From an uncultured Eubacteriales bacterium (lineage in GTDB: Bacteria; Bacillota; Clostridia; Oscillospirales; CAG-272): a DNA stretch of 64,000 bases. Position 1 is the stretch's first letter; every line of letters starts with the position of its first letter. This document shows, one piece after another, positions 28,717 to 39,508 of this stretch. The translations under genes and the position numbers were made by a program. Location: contig CAKRMZ010000002.1 in NCBI GenBank assembly GCA_934365155.1, positions 36,645-100,644 of the forward strand, given 5' to 3'. The notes beneath the pieces are model-generated. The model was given only the letters and a program-made list of their open reading frames with translations, was not told where the DNA came from and did not search any database.

Positions 28717-29757
28717 ATGAAAAAAAGTTTCAGTGAAAGTTATAAGGAAGCCGGTGTTGATATTACTGCCGGATACCGTGCGGTAGAGCTGATGAAGCAG
28801 CATATTCGGAAAACGATAACAAAGGGAGCTTTTTCGGATATCGGCGGCTTCGGAGGACTGTTTGAGTTGGATCTTGGCAATATCAAAAAACCGGTGCTGG
28901 TCAGCGGAACGGACGGTGTCGGCACCAAACTTAAGTTGGCCTTTTTAATGAACCGTCACAATACGGTGGGAATTGATTGCGTAGCGATGTGTGTTAACGA
29001 CGTAATCTGCTGTGGAGCGAAGCCGCTGTTCTTCTTGGATTATATTGCCTGCGGAAAAAACGTGCCGGAACGGATTGCAGACATTGTATGCGGCGTTGCG
29101 GAAGGATGCGTACAATCCGGGGCGTCGCTGATCGGCGGCGAGACGGCGGAAATGCCGGGATTTTATCCGGAGGACGAATACGATCTTGCCGGATTTGCTG
29201 TCGGAGTCGTGGATAAAGATAAAATTCTTGATAAAAATACGATGCGTGAGGGCGATGTTATGATTGCGTTGCCGTCAAGCGGTGTCCATTCCAACGGCTT
29301 CTCTTTGGTACGCAGAGTGTTTGATGTGGAAAATGCGGATCTTTCTCTGCCGGAAGAAGCACTGGGCGGTGCAAGCATCGGTGAGACCCTGCTTTGCCCT
29401 ACAAAAATCTATGTAAAACCGGTGCTTCAGCTGTTGGATGCTGTCCGGGTTCGTTCAATTTCGCATATTACCGGCGGCGGATTTTATGAAAATATTCCGC
29501 GTAGCCTGCCGGAAGGATACAGTGCTAAAATTGAGCGCAGTGCCGTTCGGATATTGCCCATTTTTGACTTGATTGCGCAACGTGGGGGAATTCCCGAGCG
29601 CGATATGTTCAATACATTTAATATGGGTGTCGGCATGAGCGTTGTGGTGGCAAAAGAGGATGCGGACCGCGCACTGGAGATTTTAAAAGAAAACGGTGAG
29701 GATGCATATATTTTCGGTGAAATTGTTCGCTCCGATGAGGGTGTGATTTTATGCTGA
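28717..29757 (+). CDS. purM: AIR synthase (phosphoribosylformylglycinamidine cyclo-ligase)
   Basis: YKEAGVDI...GGFGGLF...VSGTDGVGTKL...HITGGG. Confidence 0.9.
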   Translation: MKKSFSESYKEAGVDITAGYRAVELMKQHIRKTITKGAFSDIGGFGGLFELDLGNIKKPVLVSGTDGVGTKLKLAFLMNRHNTVGIDCVAMCVNDVICCGAKPLFFLDYIACGKNVPERIADIVCGVAEGCVQSGASLIGGETAEMPGFYPEDEYDLAGFAVGVVDKDKILDKNTMREGDVMIALPSSGVHSNGFSLVRRVFDVENADLSLPEEALGGASIGETLLCPTKIYVKPVLQLLDAVRVRSISHITGGGFYENIPRSLPEGYSAKIERSAVRILPIFDLIAQRGGIPERDMFNTFNMGVGMSVVVAKEDADRALEILKENGEDAYIFGEIVRSDEGVILC

Positions 29758-30383
29758 AAACGCGGATTGCCGTACTGGTTTCGGGCGGCGGAACCAATTT
29801 GCAGGCTCTGATTGACGCGCAGAAGCGTGGGGAGCTTCAAAGCGGTGAAATTTCCGTCGTGGTGTCCACAAAGCCCGGTGTGTTGGCACTGAGCCGCGCA
29901 GAAAATGCGGGGATCCGCAATGCGGTGGTATGCAGAAAGGACTGTGCCGATCAGGCGGAATTTGAGAGTCGGCTTTTGTCCATTTTGCAAGATGCTCAGA
30001 TTGAAATGATAGTGCTTGCCGGATTTATGAGCATTTTGTCTGCGGACTTCATTGCGCACTATGAGGACCGGATTATCAATGTGCACCCTTCGCTAATCCC
30101 CTCCTTTTGCGGAAAGGGATTTTACGGATTGCGCGTGCACGAAGCGGCACTGCGTTACGGTGTGAAAATTACCGGTGCGACGGTGCATTTTGTGAATGCC
30201 GTTCCGGATGGGGGAAAGATTATTCTGCAAAAGGCAGTGGAAATTCGACCGGATGACAGTCCGGAGAGTTTGCAACGCCGCGTGATGGAACAGGCGGAAT
30301 GGGTATTGCTGCCGCAGGCGACGCAGATGCTTGCGGAAGGTATTATGAAACAGAAGGAGCAAGGGAATGAGCAGCATTTATGA
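29751..30383 (+). CDS. purN: GAR formyltransferase
   Basis: IAVLVSGGGTNLQALID...INVHPSLIP...GATVHFV. It overlaps purM. Confidence 0.9.
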   Translation: MLKTRIAVLVSGGGTNLQALIDAQKRGELQSGEISVVVSTKPGVLALSRAENAGIRNAVVCRKDCADQAEFESRLLSILQDAQIEMIVLAGFMSILSADFIAHYEDRIINVHPSLIPSFCGKGFYGLRVHEAALRYGVKITGATVHFVNAVPDGGKIILQKAVEIRPDDSPESLQRRVMEQAEWVLLPQATQMLAEGIMKQKEQGNEQHL

Positions 30384-31116
30384 TTTGGAAAATATTGCGG
30401 ATATTCTGCAAAAGAACACGTATCCCGGACGGGGAATTATAATCGGAAAAACCGCAAACGGCAAAAAAGCGGCAATTGCTTATTTTATTATGGGACGCAG
30501 CGAAAACAGCCGCAACCGTATTTTTATCGAAAACGGGGCGGAGCTTGTAATTCATCCTTATGACAGGTCCAAGGTAGAGGATCCGTCCTTGATTATTTAT
30601 TCGCCGATTCGTTGCCTTGGGAACCGCTTGATTGTAACAAACGGGGATCAAACCGATACGATTTATGAATATATAAAGCAGGGCAAGAGCTTTACCGATG
30701 CGCTCTCTACCCGTTGCTTTGAGCCGGATGCTCCGAATTTTACCCCCCGTATCAGCGGGATTCTGTATTTTTCAAATCGCGATTTTTGCTATGAGATGAG
30801 TATATTAAAAAGTGCGGATGCGAAAGGCTCCGCATGCAACCGATACTGTTATTCTTTTGAACCGATTGCCGGAGTCGGACATTTTATACATACGTATTTG
30901 CACGACGGCAATCCGATACCGACCTTTTGCGGCGAGCCGGAACGCATTGAGATTCCCGATGATATTGATGATTTTTGCAATTCGATTTGGGAGAATTTGA
31001 ATGCCGAAAACAAGATTTCACTGTATGTCCGTTTTGTGGATTTAAGCAGCGGACACACGGAAAACCGTATGGTGAACAAGCATGTTGATATGTTGAAAGG
31101 AAAAAAAGTAAAATGA
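30367..31116 (+). CDS. purO: IMP cyclohydrolase, PurO-like (non-PurH type)
   Basis: YPGRGIIIGKT...AYFIMGRSENSRNR...TNGDQTD fits the archaeal-type IMP cyclohydrolase family. The gene sits immediately upstream of an AICARFT-only gene. Confidence 0.7.
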   Translation: MSSIYDLENIADILQKNTYPGRGIIIGKTANGKKAAIAYFIMGRSENSRNRIFIENGAELVIHPYDRSKVEDPSLIIYSPIRCLGNRLIVTNGDQTDTIYEYIKQGKSFTDALSTRCFEPDAPNFTPRISGILYFSNRDFCYEMSILKSADAKGSACNRYCYSFEPIAGVGHFIHTYLHDGNPIPTFCGEPERIEIPDDIDDFCNSIWENLNAENKISLYVRFVDLSSGHTENRMVNKHVDMLKGKKVK

Positions 31117-32297
31117 AAGAGTTTGAACTGAAGTACGGCTGTAACCCCAATCAGAAGCCGGCAAGGATTTTTATGTCAAACGGCGACTCGCTTCCGATTG
31201 AAATTTTGAGCGGCCGCCCGGGATATATTAACTTTTTGGACGCCTTCAACAGTTGGCAGTTGGTAAAGGAGCTGAAGCAAGCAACTCAGTTGCCCTGCGC
31301 AACTTCCTTCAAGCATGTCAGCCCGACTTCCGCCGCTTTGGGAATTGTGCTTTCCGATGCGCTGAAAAAGGCATGCTTTGTTGATGATATTGAAAATTTG
31401 GATGATTCGCCGCTTGCCTGCGCATATGCAAGAGCTCGCGGCACGGATCGTATGTCGTCGTTCGGAGATTTTATTGCACTGAGCGACCGTTGCGACGTTA
31501 CAACCGCAAAGCTGATCAAGCGGGAGGTATCGGACGGAATCATTGCGCCGGATTATGATCCGGAGGCGCTGGAAATCTTAAAAAGCAAACGAAAAGGAAA
31601 CTATAATATTATTAAAATCGATCCGGATTACATACCGAATCCGATTGAACGGAAAGAAGTTTTCGGCATTTGCTTTGAACAGGGCAGAAATAACTTTGAA
31701 ATTTCGCAGTCTTTGCTTGAAAATATTGTTACTGAAAATAAAAATATTCCGGAGAGCGCAAAAAGAGATTTAATCGTTGCGCTGATTACGCTGAAATATA
31801 CGCAGTCAAATTCCGTGTGCTATGCCGTGGACGGACAGGCGATCGGTGTCGGTGCGGGACAGCAATCACGCATTCATTGCACGCGCCTTGCCGGAAATAA
31901 GGCGGATAACTGGCATTTGCGCCAGCATCCGAAAGTGTTGAATTTGCCGTTTTTAGACAGTGTTGGGCGTCCGGAGCGGGATAACGCGATCGACGTTTAT
32001 ATTTCGGATGATTATGAGGATGTACTGTCGGACGGTGTTTGGCAGAGATTTTTCGCTTCCCGACCGGAAATTTTAAGCCGGGAAGAAAAAAAGGATTATC
32101 TCAGAAGTCTGAGCGGCGTTTCCGTCGGCAGTGACGCATTTTTCCCCTTTGACGATAATATTGAGCGCGCGCATCGCAGCGGTGTGTCGTATATCGCGGA
32201 ACCGGGCGGCTCGGTGCGCGATGATATTGTGATTGACGCTTGCAACAAATACGGAATTGCGATGGCGTTCACCGGAATGAGGCTCTTCCATCATTAA
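31113..32297 (+). CDS. purH: AICAR formyltransferase (PurH AICARFT domain only)
   Basis: LKYGCNPNQ...SFKHVSP...AVDGQAIGVGAGQQSRIHC...AFFPFDDNI...EPGGSVRD...MRLFHH. It has no MGS-like cyclohydrolase domain. Confidence 0.85.
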   Translation: MKEFELKYGCNPNQKPARIFMSNGDSLPIEILSGRPGYINFLDAFNSWQLVKELKQATQLPCATSFKHVSPTSAALGIVLSDALKKACFVDDIENLDDSPLACAYARARGTDRMSSFGDFIALSDRCDVTTAKLIKREVSDGIIAPDYDPEALEILKSKRKGNYNIIKIDPDYIPNPIERKEVFGICFEQGRNNFEISQSLLENIVTENKNIPESAKRDLIVALITLKYTQSNSVCYAVDGQAIGVGAGQQSRIHCTRLAGNKADNWHLRQHPKVLNLPFLDSVGRPERDNAIDVYISDDYEDVLSDGVWQRFFASRPEILSREEKKDYLRSLSGVSVGSDAFFPFDDNIERAHRSGVSYIAEPGGSVRDDIVIDACNKYGIAMAFTGMRLFHH

Positions 32298-32428
32298 TTC
32301 GAAAAAGGGATTGCGGTCGCCGGAGGCATGTTTATTCGGAGGATAAGAATTTTCGGTGATGCACTGCTTTGTGCGGCGAGAATCGCATTTTGTATTGATT
32401 ATGAACTGAGGAAGGAACCCGACAGATA

Positions 32429-33700
32429 ATGAAAATTATGGTAATCGGCGGCGGCGGCCGCGAGCATGCAATTATTCAAAAGTTAAAGAGCAGTCCGCGA
32501 GTTTCGAAGATGTATGCGCTCCCCGGAAACGGGGGAATTTCGGCGGATGCCGAATGTGTGGATATCGGGGCAAAAGATATTCCGGCCATCGTTTCGTTTG
32601 CACAAAAAGAGAAGATTGATTTTGCTGTGGTGGCTCCGGACGATCCGCTGGTTCTCGGTGCCGTAGACGCATTGGAAGCCGTCGGTGTTCCGTGCTTCGG
32701 ACCGACATCCGCCGCGGCGGAAATCGAGGGTAGCAAGGTCTTTGCAAAAAATCTGATGAAAAAATACGGGATACCGACTGCGGCATATGAAGTGTTCGAC
32801 GATATGGAAAAGGCGCTTTGTTATGTCAGAACGGCACCGATGCCGGTTGTGATTAAGGCAAACGGGCTGGCGCTCGGCAAAGGTGTTATTATTGCCGAAA
32901 ACAGATCCGATGCGGAACAGGCTGTACGCTCCATGATGGAAGAGCATGTGTTCGGCATGAGCGGCTCAAGCATCGTAGTGGAGGAGTTTCTTACCGGTCC
33001 TGAGGTTTCGGTTTTAAGCTTTACGGACGGGGAAACCGTTGTTCCGATGATTTCATCCATGGACCATAAGCGTGCGTTGGACGGGGATCGGGGTCTCAAT
33101 ACCGGAGGAATGGGAACGGTTGCGCCGAATCCGTATTATACACCGGAGATTGCCGATTGGTGTATGGAACATATTTTTCGCCCGACGATCGAGGCGATGA
33201 AAAAAGAGGGACGCACGTTTCGCGGATGTTTGTATTTCGGATTGATGCTGACACCGGCGGGACCGCGTGTAATCGAATACAATTGCCGTTTCGGAGACCC
33301 GGAAACGCAGGTGGTGCTGCCGCTGTTAAAGAGCGATTTGCTGGAAATTATGATGGCGGTTCAAAGCGGAAGGCTCAAAGAGATATCGGTAGAATTTGAA
33401 AATCGGAGTGCATGCTGTGTAATCTTGGCTTCCAAAGGCTATCCGGGAAAATATGAGAGCGGATGCCCTTTGCATTTGCCGAAAGCTGCGCCGGACTGTT
33501 TTATTTATGTTGCCGGTGCAAAAAAGAAGGACGGAATTCTGACGAGCGCGGGCGGGCGAGTGCTTGGGGTCACCGCAGTGGGTGATTCGCTGCCGGAGGC
33601 GATCCGGCGGGCCTATACCGTTGCAGATCGGGTTGATTTTAAAAACGGCTACTGTCGCCGTGATATCGGAAAACGTGCGCTAAAAGCACTCGAAAAGTGA
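32429..33700 (+). CDS. purD: Phosphoribosylamine--glycine ligase
   Basis: MKIMVIGGGGREHAI...PGNGG...ATP-grasp core...EYNCRFGDPE. Confidence 0.9.
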   Translation: MKIMVIGGGGREHAIIQKLKSSPRVSKMYALPGNGGISADAECVDIGAKDIPAIVSFAQKEKIDFAVVAPDDPLVLGAVDALEAVGVPCFGPTSAAAEIEGSKVFAKNLMKKYGIPTAAYEVFDDMEKALCYVRTAPMPVVIKANGLALGKGVIIAENRSDAEQAVRSMMEEHVFGMSGSSIVVEEFLTGPEVSVLSFTDGETVVPMISSMDHKRALDGDRGLNTGGMGTVAPNPYYTPEIADWCMEHIFRPTIEAMKKEGRTFRGCLYFGLMLTPAGPRVIEYNCRFGDPETQVVLPLLKSDLLEIMMAVQSGRLKEISVEFENRSACCVILASKGYPGKYESGCPLHLPKAAPDCFIYVAGAKKKDGILTSAGGRVLGVTAVGDSLPEAIRRAYTVADRVDFKNGYCRRDIGKRALKALEK

Positions 33701-33710
33701 GGAGCGGAAA

Positions 33711-36700
33711 ATGGTTTATCGAATTTATGTAGAAAAAAAGCCGGGATTGGATTATGAGGCGCAGTCTTTATATCGCGATCTAAAGAATTTAATCGGCATT
33801 CATTCTCTGAAATCCTTGCGAATGATCAATCGCTATGATGTCGAAAATATTGATGCGAAGCTATTTGAGGATTGCCGGTATCGGGTGTTTGCAGAGCCGC
33901 AGCTGGACCGTGTCTTAACGGAATTGCCCGCTATGCGAGGCACTTCGGTTTTTGCGGTGGAATATTTGCCGGGACAGTTTGATCAGCGGGCAGATTCAGC
34001 TGCTCAATGCATCCAGATTATTTCGCAAAAGGATAAGCCTTCGGTTCGCACGGCAAAGGTGTATCTTTTGGAAGGTGCACTCAGTGCGGAAGAGCTTGCG
34101 ACCGTGAAAAAATATGTGATCAACCCCGTGGAAAGCAGAGAGGCTTCGCTGGAGCTTCCGGACACACTGCAGACCGAATATGATCTTCCCGATACGGTAG
34201 AAACGCTGACCGGTTTTATCGGCTTTGACAAAGAGAGACTTCGGAAGTTCATTGAACAAAAAGGTCTTGCCATGGATCTTGACGATATTTGCTTTTGTCA
34301 GAAATACTTTATTTCCGAGCAGAGGGATCCTACGATAACGGAACTGCGAATGATCGACACCTATTGGTCGGACCATTGCCGCCATACGACATTCCTCACG
34401 AACATTGATCGTGTTTGGTTTGACGATCCGACGATTGCCGCAGCCTATGACGCCTACTGTGCGGAAAGAGAAAAATTAGGAAGAACAAAGCCGATTACTT
34501 TGATGGATATTGCGACATTGGCGGCAAAGGTGCTGCGCCGCGAAGGACGGTTAGAAAACTTAGACGAATCGGAAGAGATCAATGCCTGCACTGTCAAAAT
34601 TAGTGTTGAGGTTGACGGAACTACGGAGCCGTGGCTTTTGCTCTTTAAGAATGAAACCCACAACCATCCGACGGAAATCGAGCCCTTCGGAGGAGCGGCT
34701 ACCTGCATCGGCGGGGCAATTCGTGATCCGCTTTCCGGCCGTGCGTACGTTTATTCCGCTATGCGCCTGAGCGGAGCGGCAGATCCGAGAAAACCGGTGC
34801 AGGATACTCTCCCCGGCAAATTGCCGCAGCGCAAAATTGTGACAACAGCGGCAGCCGGATACAGCTCCTACGGCAACCAGATCGGTTTGGCAACCGGTAT
34901 GGTGGATGAGATTTATCATGAGGGGTATGCGGCGAAACGAATGGAGATCGGTGCAGTGATTGCCGCTGCTCCGGCAGAGAATGTTCGGCGCGAATGCCCG
35001 TGTGACGGAGATCGAATCATTCTGCTTGGCGGCCGAACGGGACGTGACGGCTGCGGAGGGGCGACCGGGTCCTCCAAATCCCATAACCTGCAGTCGATTG
35101 AAAACTGCGGTGCAGAGGTGCAAAAGGGCAATGCTCCCGAGGAGAGAAAGCTGCAGCGCCTTTTCCGGAATGCGGAAGCGTCGCGGATGATCAAACGCTG
35201 CAATGATTTCGGTGCCGGAGGTGTTTCCGTAGCCATCGGCGAGCTTGCAGACGGAATCGAGATTGATTTGGATGCGGTACCGAAAAAGTATGAGGGACTG
35301 GACGGAACGGAGCTTGCTATCAGCGAATCCCAGGAACGGATGGCCGTTGTAGTGGAGAGCGCCGATGTCGAGCGTTTTTGCTTGCTTTGCGATGCCGAAA
35401 ATATTGAGGCAACGGCGGTGGCTACGGTACGGAGCGAGCCCCGCTTGATTATGCGTTGGAAGGGAAAGAATATCGTAGATATTTCCCGTGAGTTTTTAAA
35501 TTCCAACGGTGCACCGAAGCATATTGATATTCATGTAGATTCGCCGAAGTCCTTTGATAAAGCGGTTGGGGAAGATTTTGAACGCGAATATAATGCTTTG
35601 GTTTCCGATTTGAATGTCTGCTCCAAACGCGGACTTTCGGAACGGTTTGATTCCACCATCGGAGCGGGAACGGTGCTTATGCCCTTCGGCGGTTTATATC
35701 AGCAGACGCCGATTCAGGCGATGGTGAATAAAATCTCGGTGGAGAAAAAGCATACCGATTGCTGTTCACTGATGGCTTGGGGATATAATCCGTATATTAC
35801 GGAAAAAAGTCCGTATCACGGCGCATATCTTGCGGTGATCGAATCGGTTTCAAAGCTGATTGCAACCGGTGCGGACTATTCGGATATCTATTTAACCTTT
35901 CAGGAATATTTTGAAAAACCGCGCAAGGATGCCCATCGTTGGGGTAAGCCTTTGGCTGCGCTTCTGGGTGCCTTCCGTGCGCAGATGGATCTCGGCATTG
36001 CGGCAATCGGCGGTAAGGATTCCATGAGCGGAAGCTTTGAGCAGATTGACGTTCCGCCTACGCTGGTTTCGTTTGCGGTTACGACCGACCGAACCGACCG
36101 TATTGTTTCGCCCGAATTCAAAAAAGCGGGTCACCGCACGGTATTGCTTACCCCGGAGTATGATGCAAACGGATTGCCGGTTGCACAAAGCTTTATCGCT
36201 CTTTGCAATCAGGTGAATGAGTGGATGCGGAAGGGCTATGCCGCCGCAGTTTATACGCCGACCTACGGAGGCATTGCGGAGGCTGTATTCAAAATGGGAA
36301 TCGGAAATCGCATTGGCTTTTGCTTTGACGATGCGCTTACCATGCAGGATATGTTCGGATATTGCTACGGCGCCTTCCTTGTCGAACTGACATCGGAGGA
36401 GATTTCCGGCGGGAAGCAGATCGGATATACCGAAGCCAGACCGGTCATTTCCTATCGCGGAAAGGAACTTGCACTTTCCGATCTTCAAGAAAAATACGAA
36501 TCGGTTTTGGAATCCGTATTCCCTTGCAATATCAAAACGGAGGAGAAAAGAGTTCCGATATTGGAATATCGTGCCGCCGGTTCAATCAAACCGAAGCTTT
36601 GCGTTGCAAAACCGCGGGTTTTGATACCGGTTTTCCCCGGCACAAACTGCGAATATGATACGGCGAAAGCGCTTCGGGATGCCGGCGCCGAACCGGAAAT

Positions 36701-37406
36701 CTTTGTGATTCGAACGCTGAGCTCTGGAGCAATTACGGAGTCTGTTGACGCATTTGAACAATCGCTTCGCAAGGCGCAGATGGTATTTATTCCGGGAGGA
36801 TTTTCCGGCGGTGATGAGCCGGACGGATCCGGAAAATTCATCACTGCATTTTTCCGAAACGAAAAAATCAAGGACGGCGTAATGGAATTGCTTCGTGCAC
36901 GGGATGGCTTGATGTGCGGAATCTGTAACGGTTTTCAGGCTTTGATTAAGCTTGGATTGGTTCCCTACGGTGAGATTATCGATACGGATGAAAACTGCCC
37001 GACACTGACATATAACACCATAGGACGGCATCAGTCCATGCTGGTTCGCACTCGCGTTGTTTCCAACAAATCGCCGTGGCTTGCGAATACTGCGGTCGGC
37101 GATATCTATACCGTGCCGGTTTCGCACGGAGAGGGACGCTTCTTGGCTGACGAGGATTTCATTCTGAAGCTTGCGAAAAACGGTCAGATTGCAACGCAAT
37201 ACGTGGATATGGACGGGGAACCGACCATGAAATTGCCGTTCAATCCGAACGGTTCGGTATTGGCTGTGGAGGGAATTACCTCCCCGGACGGACGCGTTTT
37301 CGGTAAGATGGGCCATTCAGAGCGAATTGGCAGCGGTCTCTACCGTAATGTAGACGGAAATTATGATATGGGAATGTTCCGCGCGGCGGTAAAATATTTT
37401 AGTTAA
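33711..37406 (+). CDS. purL: Phosphoribosylformylglycinamidine synthase, single-chain large form
   Basis: A 1231-aa protein with a PurS-like N-terminus, synthetase core (TYWSDHCRHTTF, NETHNHPTEIEPFGGAATCIGG) and a C-terminal glutaminase (GICNGFQAL...HGEGRF). Confidence 0.9.
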   Translation: MVYRIYVEKKPGLDYEAQSLYRDLKNLIGIHSLKSLRMINRYDVENIDAKLFEDCRYRVFAEPQLDRVLTELPAMRGTSVFAVEYLPGQFDQRADSAAQCIQIISQKDKPSVRTAKVYLLEGALSAEELATVKKYVINPVESREASLELPDTLQTEYDLPDTVETLTGFIGFDKERLRKFIEQKGLAMDLDDICFCQKYFISEQRDPTITELRMIDTYWSDHCRHTTFLTNIDRVWFDDPTIAAAYDAYCAEREKLGRTKPITLMDIATLAAKVLRREGRLENLDESEEINACTVKISVEVDGTTEPWLLLFKNETHNHPTEIEPFGGAATCIGGAIRDPLSGRAYVYSAMRLSGAADPRKPVQDTLPGKLPQRKIVTTAAAGYSSYGNQIGLATGMVDEIYHEGYAAKRMEIGAVIAAAPAENVRRECPCDGDRIILLGGRTGRDGCGGATGSSKSHNLQSIENCGAEVQKGNAPEERKLQRLFRNAEASRMIKRCNDFGAGGVSVAIGELADGIEIDLDAVPKKYEGLDGTELAISESQERMAVVVESADVERFCLLCDAENIEATAVATVRSEPRLIMRWKGKNIVDISREFLNSNGAPKHIDIHVDSPKSFDKAVGEDFEREYNALVSDLNVCSKRGLSERFDSTIGAGTVLMPFGGLYQQTPIQAMVNKISVEKKHTDCCSLMAWGYNPYITEKSPYHGAYLAVIESVSKLIATGADYSDIYLTFQEYFEKPRKDAHRWGKPLAALLGAFRAQMDLGIAAIGGKDSMSGSFEQIDVPPTLVSFAVTTDRTDRIVSPEFKKAGHRTVLLTPEYDANGLPVAQSFIALCNQVNEWMRKGYAAAVYTPTYGGIAEAVFKMGIGNRIGFCFDDALTMQDMFGYCYGAFLVELTSEEISGGKQIGYTEARPVISYRGKELALSDLQEKYESVLESVFPCNIKTEEKRVPILEYRAAGSIKPKLCVAKPRVLIPVFPGTNCEYDTAKALRDAGAEPEIFVIRTLSSGAITESVDAFEQSLRKAQMVFIPGGFSGGDEPDGSGKFITAFFRNEKIKDGVMELLRARDGLMCGICNGFQALIKLGLVPYGEIIDTDENCPTLTYNTIGRHQSMLVRTRVVSNKSPWLANTAVGDIYTVPVSHGEGRFLADEDFILKLAKNGQIATQYVDMDGEPTMKLPFNPNGSVLAVEGITSPDGRVFGKMGHSERIGSGLYRNVDGNYDMGMFRAAVKYFS

Positions 37407-37421
37407 ACAGAGGTATTTCCG

Positions 37422-39089
37422 ATGAAAACAGATATTGAGATTGCGCAATCGGTAACGATGCAGCCGATTACCGAGATTGCAAAAGCAGCGGCAATTGAGG
37501 AGCAGTATTTAGAGTGTTACGGCAAATATAAAGCCAAAGTGGATCTTTCCTTATTGCGTGACAGCACCAAGAAGGACGGGAAACTGATTTTAGTAACGGC
37601 TATGACCCCGACTCCGGCAGGTGAGGGAAAAACAACCACGACAATCGGTCTGGCGGACGGGATGCGCAGAATCGGGAAAAACGTGGTTGTGGCTCTTCGG
37701 GAGCCTTCTCTCGGACCGGTATTCGGTGTCAAGGGCGGCGCGGCCGGCGGCGGCTATGCGCAGGTGGTTCCGATGGAGGATATCAATCTGCATTTTACCG
37801 GGGACTTTCATGCGATCGGTGCGGCCAACAATTTGCTTGCCGCGATGCTTGATAACCATATTTATCAAGGAAATCGTTTGAATATCGATCCTCGGCGTAT
37901 CACTTGGAAACGCTGCGTAGACATGAATGACCGTCAATTGCGATTTATAACAGACGGATTGGGCGGACGTGTGAACGGTGTTCCCCGGGAGGACGGCTAC
38001 GATATTACGGTTGCATCCGAAATTATGGCGGTGCTTTGTCTTTCTTCGTCTGTTGCCGACTTAAAAGAGCGTTTGGGCAGAATTATTGTAGGATATACTT
38101 ACGATGAACAACCGGTAACCGCAGGGGACCTTCATGCGCAGGGAGCCATGGCGGCGCTGTTGATAGACGCACTGAAGCCGAACCTGGTGCAGACTTTGGA
38201 GCATACACCGGCTTTGGTACACGGCGGTCCCTTTGCCAATATTGCACACGGCTGCAATTCGGTGACGGCAACTAAGTTAGCATTGAAGCTCGGGGATTAT
38301 GCGATCACCGAAGCCGGATTCGGTGCGGATCTCGGTGCGGAGAAATTTTTGGATATCAAGTGCCGTTTTGCGGGACTGCGTCCCTCTGCTGTTGTGGTTG
38401 TCGCAACGATTCGAGCTCTGAAAATGCACGGCGGTCTGGATAAAACCGAACTCAAAAATGAAAATTTAGAGGCTTTAAAGCAGGGGATTCCGAATTTGCT
38501 TCGTCATGTTCACAATATGAAGGAGGTATATCACCTCCCGTCTGTTGTGGCGGTGAACCGCTTCCCGACCGACACGGATGCCGAGATTCGCTTGGTAATG
38601 GAGAGCTGCCGTGAGCTCGGTGTGAACGCGGTGCTTTCCGATGTATGGGCCGAGGGAGGCGCCGGAGGCGTCGAATTAGCCAAAGAGCTTGTCCGACTTT
38701 GCGACGAGCCCAATGACTTCCAATTTGCCTACCCCTTAGACCGGAGTATCGAAGAAAAAATTGAGATGATTGTGAAAAGAATTTACGGCGGCGACGGGGT
38801 TTGTTTTACTCCGACTGCCAAAAAACAGATTGCAAAGCTTCGGGAAATGGGATTTGAACATGTGCCGATATGCATGGCAAAAACGCAGTACAGCTTCTCG
38901 GATGATCCCTTAAAACTCGGGGCGCCGGAGCATTTTACCGTCACGGTACGAAATGTGAAGATTTCGGCGGGTGCCGGATTTGCAGTGGCCTTGACAGGGG
39001 ATATTATGACCATGCCGGGACTTCCGAAAATTCCGGCAGCGGAACGGATCGATGTGGATGATAACGGGAAAATCAGCGGTTTGTTCTAA
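37422..39089 (+). CDS. fhs: Formate--tetrahydrofolate ligase
   Basis: DIEIAQ...[16 protein letters not shown]...[19 protein letters not shown]...[12 protein letters not shown]. Confidence 0.9.
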   Translation: MKTDIEIAQSVTMQPITEIAKAAAIEEQYLECYGKYKAKVDLSLLRDSTKKDGKLILVTAMTPTPAGEGKTTTTIGLADGMRRIGKNVVVALREPSLGPVFGVKGGAAGGGYAQVVPMEDINLHFTGDFHAIGAANNLLAAMLDNHIYQGNRLNIDPRRITWKRCVDMNDRQLRFITDGLGGRVNGVPREDGYDITVASEIMAVLCLSSSVADLKERLGRIIVGYTYDEQPVTAGDLHAQGAMAALLIDALKPNLVQTLEHTPALVHGGPFANIAHGCNSVTATKLALKLGDYAITEAGFGADLGAEKFLDIKCRFAGLRPSAVVVVATIRALKMHGGLDKTELKNENLEALKQGIPNLLRHVHNMKEVYHLPSVVAVNRFPTDTDAEIRLVMESCRELGVNAVLSDVWAEGGAGGVELAKELVRLCDEPNDFQFAYPLDRSIEEKIEMIVKRIYGGDGVCFTPTAKKQIAKLREMGFEHVPICMAKTQYSFSDDPLKLGAPEHFTVTVRNVKISAGAGFAVALTGDIMTMPGLPKIPAAERIDVDDNGKISGLF

Positions 39090-39151
39090 ACAGACTCCGA
39101 TTTGCCGGGATTTTTTGAGAAAACACGGCTTTGGGTGTTTGAAATTGCAAT

Positions 39152-39196
39152 AAAAAGGGGAGACTGCTTCTTAAGTGAAGCGGTCTCCCCTTTTTT
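39152..39196. terminator. Bidirectional intrinsic terminator (ends pur-fhs operon and the small minus-strand gene)
   Basis: AAAAAGGGGAGACTGCTTC-ttaagt-GAAGCGGTCTCCCCTTTTTT. Confidence 0.85.
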
Positions 39197-39224
39197 GAAA
39201 GCGTTTGCTGTGTTAGGGCTCTTT

Positions 39225-39434
39225 TTAACGGCGTGAGCAGCCGCAGCCGCAGCCGGTATTGTTGTTGCTGTTATTATTATCGTCTCTGCTTCCGCAGCGA
39301 TTGCAGCTATTGTGATTTGTGTTGCTACCGCCGATGTTATTGCCGGGACAGTTTGATTCGGATTCTTCCGAACCGCAGCGGCAAAGCAGGAAGCCGGCTA
39401 CAACAATAGCAGTAAGAATGCAGGATTGGTTCAC
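39225..39434 (-). CDS. Small membrane-tethered Cys/Asn/Gly-rich protein (unknown function)
   Basis: The ORF has an AAAGGAA RBS before GTG 39434 (alternative TTG 39455), its own promoter and a terminator. One hydrophobic helix (CILTAIVVAGFLLC) is followed by RCGSEESESNCPGNNIGGSNTNHNSCNRCGSRDDNNNSNNNTGCGCGCSRR. Confidence 0.5.
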   Translation of the reverse strand: MNQSCILTAIVVAGFLLCRCGSEESESNCPGNNIGGSNTNHNSCNRCGSRDDNNNSNNNTGCGCGCSRR

Positions 39435-39508
39435 GATATCGTTCCTTTCTTTCAAGAAATAGTAAGACGTTCCGGTCGCTTTATCTTGGAAAAGGCCTTA
39501 CAGTGTTT

